Shown one piece after another: positions 49,788-59,635 of a DNA stretch of 64,000 bases. How positions within the stretch are numbered: position 1 is the first letter of the stretch; the number at the start of each line of letters is the position of its first letter. Source of the stretch: Promethearchaeati archaeon (GTDB taxonomy: Archaea; Asgardarchaeota; Heimdallarchaeia; JABLTI01); NCBI GenBank assembly GCA_013166835.1, contig JABLTI010000015.1:1-64000 (forward strand), read 5' to 3'. Both the position numbers and the translations under genes were made by a program. The notes below the pieces were generated by a model. The model was not told where the DNA came from. It saw nothing but the letters and a program-made list of their open reading frames with translations, and did not search any database.

Positions 49788-50316
49788 ATTCTTTTGTGAT
49801 GGAATTTTGAGTGACCTAAATGATTTACGATGGCAAATACTTGATGCTAAAGAAGAAAGATGGTTAAAACAAAAAGCATTTGTAAATTTATACAAATCAA
49901 CCCTGATTGTTTTTAAAATGAATATACCTTCTTGGCCCAAAATTTCAACTGACATTTTAGTTGTCTTTCATAAATCTTTGGAAATTTTCAAGGAGAATTT
50001 GACCAGTTCCAAAATTGCTTTTCGATTAATTGAAATACAAGAAACTCTTCTAGGTCCTGAAGCATTTATTTCTACTAAAATGAATGCAAATGATATTAAA
50101 GATTTAGCAATTCATTTCGAAGAATATCATAATATTGGTCGATTTTTTGACGTTGATGTTATTGATAATACTGGTAAAATGATTGAAAGAAAAATTAAAC
50201 GAAAATGCTTCTTATGTTCAGAACAAGCAATAGATTGCATGAGAAACCAAAGACACAGCCCTGAAGAAATCAAAGAATATTTTGATGAGAAGATTGCTAA
50301 TTATTTAAAATCTTAA
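49780..50316 (+). CDS. citX: citrate lyase holo-ACP synthase
   Basis: ILDAKEER, MNIP, GPE, EE.H.IGRFFDVDV and RKCFLC...C.R...H motifs. Confidence 0.85.
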   Translation: MTEFFCDGILSDLNDLRWQILDAKEERWLKQKAFVNLYKSTLIVFKMNIPSWPKISTDILVVFHKSLEIFKENLTSSKIAFRLIEIQETLLGPEAFISTKMNANDIKDLAIHFEEYHNIGRFFDVDVIDNTGKMIERKIKRKCFLCSEQAIDCMRNQRHSPEEIKEYFDEKIANYLKS

Positions 50317-51167
50317 ACCCCAATAATTACTTCTTCGAACTTTGATGGATCACTGACTATAAAATTAACTAATTCAATATACATGCTCAAAACCTCATAG
50401 GCTTTTTCTCTGGATCTAAATTTTGTAGAAAGAGTAAGTATATTGATCATGCTTAAACCTTCTAATTTTACTCCTCCTTCGATAGTAGAAACTAGAAACA
50501 TAACCCAAACAGGTTTGTTTTTTGCAAAGAGTGAATCTCTAGGATGCGTTCGAGCAAAAATTACTCGAGCTTTCCCTTTGTAGTTTTCCCCGAATTCATT
50601 TTCTAAACTATCGACTTCGATAACTCGTAAATTATGGAATCTTTTTTTGGCTATGATTTCATCAAGTCTAATAATCCAATCATACCTTAAAATAATAGAA
50701 CTACTACTATCTTGTTCCAAGAAAATCCAGATAGGACAGTATTGATGCCTTTTTTGCCCCATCATTTTTTCATTTAACATAACAGTCCAAAGTTTTTCTC
50801 GTAAGCTTTTCATGTCAATATTAACAGGTCCTTTTCTAAACTCTTCTCGATCAACGATTGCTTGTGCATCTTGCTGCATTTGTGCTAGTTTTCTTTCAGC
50901 TTTGGGTTTTGAATAAACAGTGCCTTCTAATACCACCATTCCAAGTTTCTGAATAACAACGCGAGAAATTGCTGCGACAGGTAATTGTGTAACAATTTTT
51001 ATCCACTCTAAGCTAACTTCATCTCGATTACCTATGAGCTCTTTAATTGAGCTAAGCATTTCTTCAGTAATCTTCTGTTCCTTATCCTTAGAGGTCAAAT
51101 TTCTTCTCTCCGGTATATTCCTTTCAATAAACCTTTGATGGGGCTTTATTTGAGGGTTTAAATACAA
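50313..51167 (-). CDS. hypothetical protein
   Basis: 284-aa ORF with no recognised motif. Confidence 0.65.
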   Translation of the reverse strand: MYLNPQIKPHQRFIERNIPERRNLTSKDKEQKITEEMLSSIKELIGNRDEVSLEWIKIVTQLPVAAISRVVIQKLGMVVLEGTVYSKPKAERKLAQMQQDAQAIVDREEFRKGPVNIDMKSLREKLWTVMLNEKMMGQKRHQYCPIWIFLEQDSSSSIILRYDWIIRLDEIIAKKRFHNLRVIEVDSLENEFGENYKGKARVIFARTHPRDSLFAKNKPVWVMFLVSTIEGGVKLEGLSMINILTLSTKFRSREKAYEVLSMYIELVNFIVSDPSKFEEVIIGV

Positions 51168-51177
51168 TTTTACTTAA

Positions 51178-51549
51178 TTATATTTTTTCTTGTTTTTCAA
51201 TTACTATTTCCTTGCCCTCTGTAAGCATTTTCATAATTTTCTCTCTCCCAGAATCTAATAATCTCCAAATAGTACCTCTTGAAACATTCATTAATAAACC
51301 GGCTTCTTCTTGATTTAGTCCCTTTAAATCAATTAATCTCATTGCTTCATATTCAGCAATAGTTAAATTCAGCTGATTTTCTGAAAGAGTTGGATGTGGA
51401 GTAATCTTTGTGATTTTAGGATAATCTTCTATTATAATTTCTTTTAATGGTCTTCCACGTATTTGTAGTTCACTATCAGAATCACCTAAAGATTTTCTTC
51501 TTCTACCTCCTCTTCCTCCTCTGCGTCGATACATTCTCATTTTCTGCAC
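51178..51549 (-). CDS. DUF134 HTH protein
   Basis: EYEAMRLID..GL.QEEAG..MNVSRGT.WR.L.S.R.KI. Confidence 0.88.
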   Translation of the reverse strand: MQKMRMYRRRGGRGGRRRKSLGDSDSELQIRGRPLKEIIIEDYPKITKITPHPTLSENQLNLTIAEYEAMRLIDLKGLNQEEAGLLMNVSRGTIWRLLDSGREKIMKMLTEGKEIVIEKQEKI

Positions 51550-51691
51550 CTTGTATCAATACTAACCTCTTGTTTTATAAGTTTTATATTTTATAAACTA
51601 AAATATTTTTGTGCATATGAACATAAAGATTTTTATAGTAAAAAACGTATTTATTTATGTGCTAATGCACAAAAATCAAAAAGTGATATTT

Positions 51692-52018
51692 ATGAGTAGT
51701 CGTGGAAGAAGATCCTCTGATAGAGGTAGACATAGAAGAATGTATGAATTAACGGGAGTACCAGGTTGGATAAGATTTGGTACCATGCAAGACGGAAGAA
51801 GTGGACGAGGATTAGGTCCTTGTGCAGAATATCTGCAAAGAATTGGTAAATTTGATGAATTTCTAAAAGATTTTGCTGCAAAAAATCCGGGTTTAGCAAA
51901 CACCTTTGGAGATTTTGATAAAAATCCTGATTATGAGAAAAATTTGATTTCCGATCAAATAAGGTTCCTTGAAGAAGAACTTAAAGATCTTAAAAGAAGA
52001 TCAAAAGAGTTAAGATAA
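51692..52018 (+). CDS. DUF5320-like Arg/Gly-rich small protein
   Basis: RGRHRRMYELTGVPGW.RFG, GRGLGPC, C-terminal coiled coil. Confidence 0.7.
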   Translation: MSSRGRRSSDRGRHRRMYELTGVPGWIRFGTMQDGRSGRGLGPCAEYLQRIGKFDEFLKDFAAKNPGLANTFGDFDKNPDYEKNLISDQIRFLEEELKDLKRRSKELR

Positions 52019-52043
52019 AGTAGCTAAGATTTGGTGGTTCAAA

Positions 52044-52427
52044 ATGAAAATTGCAATATCTTCTAGTGGTGACAATTTACAATCCGAAGTTGACCCTCGT
52101 TTTGGTCGATGTAAGAATTTCATAATCATTGAGATTTCCGAAATGTCTTTAGCTGTTCATCAGAATAGTGCCCAATTTGTGGGGCATGGCGCTGGAACAA
52201 AAGCTGCTCAAGATCTATTAAAATTGGGTGTGTCTGCTATAATTTCTGGAAACATTGGTCCCAATGCTTTTCAAGTGTTAAGTGCTGCGAATATCAGAAT
52301 GTATACAAGTTCAGGAACAATAGAAAATGTAGTAGAAGCTTACAAGAAAGGACAATTAATAGAAGTGACACAACCATCCAATGCAGGTCATATGGGTAGA
52401 GGTTCTGGGCGTGGTAGACGTTCTTGA
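52044..52427 (+). CDS. NifB/NifX-family (FeMo-co biosynthesis-like) protein
   Basis: MKIAIS, DPRFGRC, GAG and GNIGPNAF motifs. Confidence 0.9.
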   Translation: MKIAISSSGDNLQSEVDPRFGRCKNFIIIEISEMSLAVHQNSAQFVGHGAGTKAAQDLLKLGVSAIISGNIGPNAFQVLSAANIRMYTSSGTIENVVEAYKKGQLIEVTQPSNAGHMGRGSGRGRRS

Positions 52428-52499
52428 CTGTGAAGGAGAATCTAGTCTAAAAAACTTCTATATATAAAATGTAAGTAATAATTAACATGAGTGATAAAA

Positions 52500-52862
52500 A
52501 TGAAAATAACTTTTCCAACAAATGATCTTAAAGGTTTAGAAAGTCAATTGGCAGACCATTTTGGTCGTGCACCAACATTTACAATAATTGATTCTGAGAC
52601 GGAAGAACTAAAAGTTATAGATAATTCTGGTGAGCATTTCGGTGGTCGTCAATCCGCTCCAGTTCTTATTGTTAATAATGGAACAAATGTACTAATATGC
52701 AAAGCTTTAGGACGTAAAGCAATAGCTAAATTTGTAGAATTTGGCATAGAAGTCTACATTACAGAAAAACTTACTGTTAAAAATGCACTTGAAGCCTATA
52801 ATAAGCAAGAACTAAGAAAGGCAACTGAAAGTGAAGCTTGTGCAGAAAGTAAACATCATTGA
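52500..52862 (+). CDS. NifB/NifX-family protein
   Basis: HFGRAPTF and LGRKA motifs. Confidence 0.85.
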   Translation: MKITFPTNDLKGLESQLADHFGRAPTFTIIDSETEELKVIDNSGEHFGGRQSAPVLIVNNGTNVLICKALGRKAIAKFVEFGIEVYITEKLTVKNALEAYNKQELRKATESEACAESKHH

Positions 52863-52938
52863 ATAAATTTCTACAGCGATGCTATTACTATTTCCTAATT
52901 CGTTTAAGGATGCAAGATAAAGAGATGACAAACTACTT

Positions 52939-53778
52939 ATGAAAATCAGTATAGCTAGTGGTAAAGGGGGAACAGGAAAAACAATTATAGCAACTAGCTT
53001 AGCACTTTCTCTCAGAAATTATCAATTTCTGGATTGTGATGTTGAGGAACCAAATGCCCACATTTTTCTGAAACCTAAGTTTCACACTACGAAAAAAGTA
53101 TTAGTTAATGTTCCATTAATTAATAATGCGAAATGTACAAACTGTGGTATTTGTTCTGATGCATGCGAATTTAATACCCTTGTTCAATTACCTGATCATG
53201 TTATTTTCTTCGCAGATTTATGCATGAGCTGTAATGCTTGCAAAGTATTGTGCCCAGAAAACGCCATTTCAATGGTCAAAAGAGAAATTGGTGAACTAAA
53301 AATCGGAGATGCGAAAGAAAACACTTTATTTGTCAATGGGTTACTAAAGATTGGCTCTCCAAGATCTATACCAATAATTTCTGCAGTGAAAGATTGCATT
53401 GATAATTCAAAGACCGTTATTTTGGATGCTCCTCCTGGTAATTCTTGTCCGGTAATTGAGACTATTTCCGATACCGATTTCTGTCTGCTTGTGACTGAAC
53501 CAACTCCTTTCGGTTTATGGGACCTAAAAATTGCAGCTGAAGTTACTAAAAAACTCGCACTTCCAACTGGAGTTATAATCAACAAATACGGCTTAGGATA
53601 TGAAGAACCAATAGAGGAATATTGTAAGGATGAGAACATCCCAATTCTCATGAAAGTTCCATTTGATCGTTCCATTGCTGAAGCGTATTCTGAAGGCATA
53701 CCATTAGCAGGTCATGATAAAGAATGGCAAAAGAAATTTAGAGATTTGTATGCAACAATTCAGGAGCTTGTAAAATAA
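52939..53778 (+). CDS. MinD-superfamily P-loop ATPase with inserted ferredoxin
   Basis: SGKGGTGKT, DCDVEEPN, two 4Fe-4S motifs, DAPPG..CP and EPTPFG. Confidence 0.9.
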   Translation: MKISIASGKGGTGKTIIATSLALSLRNYQFLDCDVEEPNAHIFLKPKFHTTKKVLVNVPLINNAKCTNCGICSDACEFNTLVQLPDHVIFFADLCMSCNACKVLCPENAISMVKREIGELKIGDAKENTLFVNGLLKIGSPRSIPIISAVKDCIDNSKTVILDAPPGNSCPVIETISDTDFCLLVTEPTPFGLWDLKIAAEVTKKLALPTGVIINKYGLGYEEPIEEYCKDENIPILMKVPFDRSIAEAYSEGIPLAGHDKEWQKKFRDLYATIQELVK

Positions 53779-53779
53779 G

Positions 53780-54646
53780 ATGTTTAAACAAATAACAGTT
53801 ATTAGTGGTAAAGGTGGAACTGGAAAAACTACTCTTACTGCTAGTTTTGCGTATTTGACTCGAGGAAAAGCAATTTTTGCTGATGCCGATGTAGATGCCC
53901 CTGATTTACATTTAATATTACATCCGACGATTATTTCTGAAGAGGAACTATACATTTCTAAAAAAGTAAAAAGAGATGAAGAGAAATGCATTAAATGCAA
54001 TAAATGCGGTGAAGTATGTGAGTTCAAAGCAATAACTGCTGATGAAATAAATTATTTTAAATGCGAAGGCTGTGGGTTATGTGTTCATATATGTCCAGAA
54101 AAAGCCCTTTCAATGGAACCTATTCTGTCAGCAAAAATTTTCGAATCACAAACAAGATTCGGAGTATTTGTTCACGCAGAAATGACAATTGGAGAAGGAA
54201 CCTCAGGAAGAATTGTTGATCAAATTAGACAAAAAGCTAGAAAGATAGCTGGAACGAAAAAGCTAGATTACGTCGTTGTTGATGGTTCACCAGGGATAGG
54301 GTGTCCTGTTATAGCTTCGATCACAGGAGTTGATTTGGCTTGCATAATTGTTGAACCTACTTTAAGTGGAATTCATGATTTAGAGCGAATTTTTGGTGTA
54401 GCGCAACACTTCAAAGTAAAATCAGTTGTTTGTATTAACAAATTTGATTTAAACATAACAAATACAAATAATATCATTCAATTTTGCAGAAAAAACAACA
54501 TTACAGTTGTTGGAAAAATACCTTTTGACAAGATAGTTCCTAAAAGTATCATTCAAGGGAAAAGTACTTTTGAGTTAGAGGAAAATCCAGTTTCAAAGGA
54601 AATAACAAGTATTTGGAAAAACATTCAAACTGAATTATACGCTTAA
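53780..54646 (+). CDS. MinD-superfamily P-loop ATPase with inserted ferredoxin
   Basis: SGKGGTGKT, DADVDAPDL, CEGCG.C...CP and DGSPGIGCP. Confidence 0.9.
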   Translation: MFKQITVISGKGGTGKTTLTASFAYLTRGKAIFADADVDAPDLHLILHPTIISEEELYISKKVKRDEEKCIKCNKCGEVCEFKAITADEINYFKCEGCGLCVHICPEKALSMEPILSAKIFESQTRFGVFVHAEMTIGEGTSGRIVDQIRQKARKIAGTKKLDYVVVDGSPGIGCPVIASITGVDLACIIVEPTLSGIHDLERIFGVAQHFKVKSVVCINKFDLNITNTNNIIQFCRKNNITVVGKIPFDKIVPKSIIQGKSTFELEENPVSKEITSIWKNIQTELYA

Positions 54647-54775
54647 ACTCTTGATTCCTCAAGAAAAAATGCATAAAGTGGAAATTTGGTTAAGCTTGCT
54701 CTAAACAAATAGTATTAAAATCACCTTTTATTTTCGTATGTTACAAAATTACAAATTGCTTTAGGTTATAGACAA

Positions 54776-56467
54776 ATGGCTTTTCAAAATATCACAAATA
54801 ACAAAAGTCAAATCATAAATATTTACTCAATTAATTGTGATACTTGCCAGAAGAATATCGAGGTTCCAATAAAGAAATCTGATAAAGAAAGTTCATCAGG
54901 AGGAATTTTTAGAATAGTGGCTATTCATCAATGCTTTGATGAACAAGTAGCTTATCTCTTGTTTTTTGATGATCATTTAGCCTTAAGACAGAAGGTCGTT
55001 ACTCCTGTAACAATTGCTGGAATTCAAGAAAGTGATATCTTCAATGAGTTTCAAAAAACTATTTTGAAGCAGTATGGTGGATTTAATTTTCTTAGAAAGA
55101 TGTTCAATAAGGATTTAGCTAAAGTAATTTATGGCATTATTTTAGGACAACAAGTAGTGATAGTAGGGAATAAGGTCGAAGTAGAAGCTTCAATATTTAG
55201 CTTAGAATTATTCGCTGGCCACAGAAATTTTATTTGTGATTCTTGGATCGAGGAAAAATCTCTTGCTGATATTATAGGAACAAAACCTGATTTAGTAAAA
55301 TTTTATCCAAATTCAATAATTGTTGATCTTTCTAAAAAAGAAATTATGCGGGGAGAGGAAAATAGCTATGCTTTAAGTTTACTTAATTTTCTCTACGGTG
55401 TTTCCGACATAGAAACCTTTGAGGAGATAATTAAGAATGAAATAAATGCTGTATTAGAAATCACAAAAGAGTTTATCCTAGTTGAGGAATTAAGTGAAAT
55501 AGAATCTTATCTTTCAACATTAACTTTGGAAGAAGTTCCTCAAGAGGTTATAGAATTAGTTGTTGCACTTTCTGCACAATTGAATCATATTATTGCCCAT
55601 TATTACAGAAGTAATTATGAAATTATTTCACCACAAAAAGCAGTGGAAATAATACCAAATAGAATATGGTTTTTTGATTTTATTCTGCCAGAAGTTTATT
55701 TCTATGAGATAAAAGATGATTTGCCTTATAATTTCAAAGAGGAAAAAATACTAAATAGAATAAAAAAATTAATTGCTACTGAAAGATACAATCTGTTATT
55801 GCATGAATATTTTACTCCAATGAATCATTATGTAATTGATTTACAATCCGAAAAATGTTTATTATTTTGTTTTCCAAGATTAGAAGAAGATACTGCTCAT
55901 ATCGCTTACATATTGAAATTCTTACAAAATGGCATTCAGAATAAACATTTCTTGGAACAAAACAACCAATATATAATTGATCAAATCAAAGACAATTGGT
56001 TAGATGATTTCGCATCTTTTAAACTTAAACCGGAATTACAAATACTCATAGATGTGCGCGAAAAATTGCCGGTATTTTTTGAAGATTCGATTCTTGATTC
56101 ATATTACTTTAGGACAAGAGTATGTGAACCTGATTTTAAGAAATTTATAACGGAAATAATAGATCTTATTCTAAAAGAATTTCATACTGAACCCAAAATG
56201 CATCATGTTGATGATCTCTACACTCTAAAGGGTGTAATAAGCGATTTGAAAGCTGATAACGCATCTGAGAATGAAAAAATCGAAATAAAGTATAACCTTC
56301 ATCATTACATAAATGAACGTGGTGAAACTAAAACAGTCAATCTTATTCTAGACCTCTATATAACAACAAAATACAATCAGTTCGGTCTTGAGACCTTTGC
56401 GTTGTATGATTCTCTCTATAAGAAATTTGCAGAACTCATTAAGAAAGCAATGAATAAATGTCTTTGA
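54776..56467 (+). CDS. hypothetical protein with N-terminal zinc ribbon and DENN/folliculin-like core
   Basis: CDTC...HQC; LAKVIYGIILGQQVVIVG...SLELF...IIGT...IIVDL resembles cDENN strands. Confidence 0.55.
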   Translation: MAFQNITNNKSQIINIYSINCDTCQKNIEVPIKKSDKESSSGGIFRIVAIHQCFDEQVAYLLFFDDHLALRQKVVTPVTIAGIQESDIFNEFQKTILKQYGGFNFLRKMFNKDLAKVIYGIILGQQVVIVGNKVEVEASIFSLELFAGHRNFICDSWIEEKSLADIIGTKPDLVKFYPNSIIVDLSKKEIMRGEENSYALSLLNFLYGVSDIETFEEIIKNEINAVLEITKEFILVEELSEIESYLSTLTLEEVPQEVIELVVALSAQLNHIIAHYYRSNYEIISPQKAVEIIPNRIWFFDFILPEVYFYEIKDDLPYNFKEEKILNRIKKLIATERYNLLLHEYFTPMNHYVIDLQSEKCLLFCFPRLEEDTAHIAYILKFLQNGIQNKHFLEQNNQYIIDQIKDNWLDDFASFKLKPELQILIDVREKLPVFFEDSILDSYYFRTRVCEPDFKKFITEIIDLILKEFHTEPKMHHVDDLYTLKGVISDLKADNASENEKIEIKYNLHHYINERGETKTVNLILDLYITTKYNQFGLETFALYDSLYKKFAELIKKAMNKCL

Positions 56468-56470
56468 TAA

Positions 56471-57199
56471 TCATATGGATTTCTTGGTTGGCTTCTTAGT
56501 CGCTGTTTTAGTTGTTTTCTTTGTTGTCTTCTTCTTTTGTCGTCTTTTTTCAGCGCTTATTTGTTTGTAGTATTTATGAACTTCTTTGTTGACTATATTC
56601 CTACATAGAAATTCAAAAGTCTCACGAACGTTAATATTACTTTTTGATGAAGTCTCTATAAAACCAATTATGTTTAAATTATGGTCATCTCTTGAATTTA
56701 TAAACTCTTTAACCATTTCAGGTTCTATTTCTCTTTCATCCAAGAGATCATTCTTTGTAGAAACAATAACTATTGGAATGTTTTCATCGCAGTTCTCCCT
56801 AATTAAGGGGATCCATTCATGATACAAAGAAAAGAAAGTATCAATCCTAGTACAATCATAAGCGAGAATGATGCCTTTACTTCCAGAAAGAAACCTATCC
56901 ATAATTTGTCTAAATTGTGGTTGACCAGCAAGATCCCAAACAGACATTACTACTTTGCCAAAATCAGTATCAACGTTATGAGTGAAAAATTGAACTCCGA
57001 TAGTTATCCTGTAGTTATCAAAAAAATCATCCAAGATATAACCCATTGCTCTTTGACAGAGAGTAGTTTTTCCTACCCCCCCAACGCCTGCAATTGAAAT
57101 TTTAACCAAATGACTTTTGCTTCTTTCCAAGGGTAAGCCTGTTTCAAGTGTCTTTCTTGTAATGGTAGACTTAGCATTGTTGGTCTTAGCTGAAGGCAT
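56471..57199 (-). CDS. Rab/Ras-like small GTPase with polybasic C-terminal tail
   Basis: G1 GVGGVGKT, G2 TIG, G3 WDLAGQ, G4 TKND, G5 ETSSK. Confidence 0.92.
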   Translation of the reverse strand: MPSAKTNNAKSTITRKTLETGLPLERSKSHLVKISIAGVGGVGKTTLCQRAMGYILDDFFDNYRITIGVQFFTHNVDTDFGKVVMSVWDLAGQPQFRQIMDRFLSGSKGIILAYDCTRIDTFFSLYHEWIPLIRENCDENIPIVIVSTKNDLLDEREIEPEMVKEFINSRDDHNLNIIGFIETSSKSNINVRETFEFLCRNIVNKEVHKYYKQISAEKRRQKKKTTKKTTKTATKKPTKKSI

Positions 57200-57279
57200 A
57201 TTTTATTTTAGTAACTCTTTATTTTTAACTTCTTTGTCTGATAAGATGTTGGACAAAGATAGTGAAAATGGCATAAAAA

Positions 57280-57714
57280 TTAAAGTAGCAATGAAATATC
57301 TGAAGCAATTCTTTTCGCTTTTATGGTAATAAATGGTAATCTGCATTTTTTATCGCATTGTAGAAAGAGATAGATCTTCTCATTTGAAAAAGCAATATAA
57401 TTCGCATCTTCAGCTCTAATAATGAAATGATTAATTTCCTTTTTATTGGCTTTTTGTAATTGATTCTTAAGACTCTCAAGTAATTCTAAGGCATCATGTT
57501 CATTTAGAGTTTTAGTGGAATCCCCCCAGCGATTATAACAAAAAATCAATTCTCCTTGTATAGTAAGGATATCTAGTCTGAGAATTCCTCTCATGGAAAT
57601 AAGTTCAGAAACCATTTCACTAATTTCTTTGGGGAAATTTTCAGAAAGATGTGTATATGGTCCATTAGAATTGTGATTGTTATGACTGTTAGATTGTTTC
57701 CTTTTCCTGATCAA
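57280..57714 (-). CDS. Roadblock/LC7-like protein
   Basis: Helix-RGILRLDILTIQGELI-helix-three strands-helix topology. Confidence 0.65.
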   Translation of the reverse strand: MIRKRKQSNSHNNHNSNGPYTHLSENFPKEISEMVSELISMRGILRLDILTIQGELIFCYNRWGDSTKTLNEHDALELLESLKNQLQKANKKEINHFIIRAEDANYIAFSNEKIYLFLQCDKKCRLPFITIKAKRIASDISLLL

Positions 57715-57933
57715 ATACTAGACCCTCAGTTATTAGTGGAACATTTTTGTCGAGGATTTATTCGACAATAATGTTTTATAGTAATTTACAGTTTAAAGTC
57801 TATTGAATAGTGTAAATTTGGATTATTTTTGTCCAATGATAGTTTTTGGTTTAATTTTTCTACATATATTGTTGATAAATTAGACATTTATTTATTATTA
57901 TAAAAAGTTAATTAATGATTTATACAACATCCA

Positions 57934-57959
57934 TTCTCGTCGAAAAATCGACGAATAAT
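57934..57959. repeat. palindromic repeat TCGTCGA-N4-TCGACGA
   Basis: attcTCGTCGAaaaaTCGACGAataat; related copies near 58652 and 63008. Confidence 0.8.
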
Positions 57960-58081
57960 TATCGTGTTTTCGAAAATATTTAATTAAACATTTGTTTTAT
58001 TAAATAGCCATTTATCTGAATATTTTTTAACGCTAACTATTTTAATAACTGATGTGCATTAGACACATATAGTTGATTTCT

Positions 58082-58594
58082 ATGGGTCGACGTAAAATAA
58101 TCTCTATAATCGGTGGGAGCGCCCAAACATCTTTGGAAGAAGACAGAGCTATTGCCTTAACCATTGGTAAATTGCTAATCGATAATGGTTATAGAATTTT
58201 ATGTGGTGGGTATGGTGGAGTCATGGAAGCAGTTTGTAAAGGTGCTAAATCCTCAAAAAAGTATAGAGAAGGAGATACTATAGGAATCATCTCGACTCTT
58301 GAATCCGATGATGCGAATGAATTCTGTGACATAGTAATTGCAACAGGAATTCATTATGCTAGAAATCAAATTATTACAGCTTCTGGAGACGCAATTGTTG
58401 CAATTGGTGGAGGATCCGGAACACTGAGCGAAATTGCTTTTGCTTGGCAAATGGGGAAACCCATCTTCTCGTTTAAAAAAACTGGTTGGTCTGGGAAGTT
58501 ATCTGAAATGCAGTTAGATAATAAACGATCCGATACCATAATAGGATATGATACTGCACAACAATTAATAGAAAAACTAAACGCACTATTTTAG
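58082..58594 (+). CDS. LOG-family (TIGR00725-like) protein
   Basis: CGGYGGVMEAVCKGA, RNQII and GGGSGTLSEIAFA motifs. Confidence 0.9.
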   Translation: MGRRKIISIIGGSAQTSLEEDRAIALTIGKLLIDNGYRILCGGYGGVMEAVCKGAKSSKKYREGDTIGIISTLESDDANEFCDIVIATGIHYARNQIITASGDAIVAIGGGSGTLSEIAFAWQMGKPIFSFKKTGWSGKLSEMQLDNKRSDTIIGYDTAQQLIEKLNALF

Positions 58595-58645
58595 TTAATC
58601 ATTTATTTTATTGTTTAATACTTCAACTAATGTTTTTCTCATTAC

Positions 58646-58696
58646 TTATCTTCGTCGGAAAATCGACGAGAAAATAAGGTCTCAAAAAAATGAGAC
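58646..58696. repeat. bipartite palindromic element (TCGTCG hairpin + GTCTC-A-run-GAGAC hairpin)
   Basis: ttatcTTCGTCGgaaaatCGACGAgaaaataagGTCTCAaaaaaaTGAGAC. Confidence 0.8.
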
Positions 58697-58721
58697 AAAA
58701 ACGAGTAAATATGATACAGTG

Positions 58722-59075
58722 CTACAATTTTATTTGAATATTGCAAACAGGACATACGGGATTATCTTTTAACCAATCTAGTAAATGATTGTGATGAAAA
58801 AGTGAAGTACATTTTGGACAAATTAGGATAACATGTCCTTCTTTCACAGTTTTATTGCATAAAGAATAAATTTGATTCTCAAGATCTCCTTGGAAAACTA
58901 TTGGTTCAAGAATTAATTTAATTTCTGCTTTAGATTCCTTTTGTACAACATCTTTTTCTATTAGAACATCCTGTTCTATTTTATGCTTTTTCACCAGAAT
59001 GCTGTAATAGCTATGATAATTATTGTAATTATATCCGCAAGTGTATAAAGTCCAAAAAACAATAATCGAAACCAA
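58722..59075 (-). pseudogene. degenerate membrane RING-finger gene
   Basis: CPKC...FHHNHLLDWL...CPVC retained, but the first Cys is lost (YSLC) and the TM helix lies in another frame ending in a stop. Confidence 0.6.
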
Positions 59076-59193
59076 AGACCTTCACGTTGTCGAATTTCCC
59101 AAATTTCTACCCTACATTTCAGTGATTTCACTGATTATTTAAAACTATAGAAATCTGAGTGATTAAACTTCAAAACAGTTATTCTTTTGTTAA

Positions 59194-59635
59194 TTATTTT
59201 AAGAAATCGAAATCACAAACAGGACAGGTTGTTTCAAGTTCAAACCAATCATCAAAATGATTTTCGTGATAATGAGTATTGCAGCTAGGACAAATATAGA
59301 TTATATCTCCCGAGCAAATTTCCAATTTACAAATCATGCAAATAAAATCTTCTTCACTTTCTTCAATAAATTTTGATTTATATTTTATTTTCTTTTGAAA
59401 TAATTTTAGTTCGTTTTTAATTCTCTTTCTCCTAAGAAATCCTAAAAGGAATCCAATTAAGATAACTGGGCATGGAAAAACAACTCCAAACATAATTACA
59501 AAAATATATGCAATTTCATCCACTATTTGCATTGATAATAAAATGCTAGAAGTAATGACGATAAGCAAAGAAATAACTGCACATAGATAACCAATATTAG
59601 GCGATTTTCTTTGTTCGTTGATTTTTAAGCCCCAT
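59194..59635 (-). CDS. membrane-anchored RING-finger protein (putative E3 ligase), possible frameshift near start
   Basis: Two TM helices; CMIC...CPSC.THYHENH..W....CPVC; the ATG at 59635 is one base out of frame across an A5 run. Confidence 0.75.

Noticed and set aside
52044-52862. Nitrogen fixation genes
   Set aside because: NifX-like domains occur widely without nitrogenase, and nifHDK is not in the window
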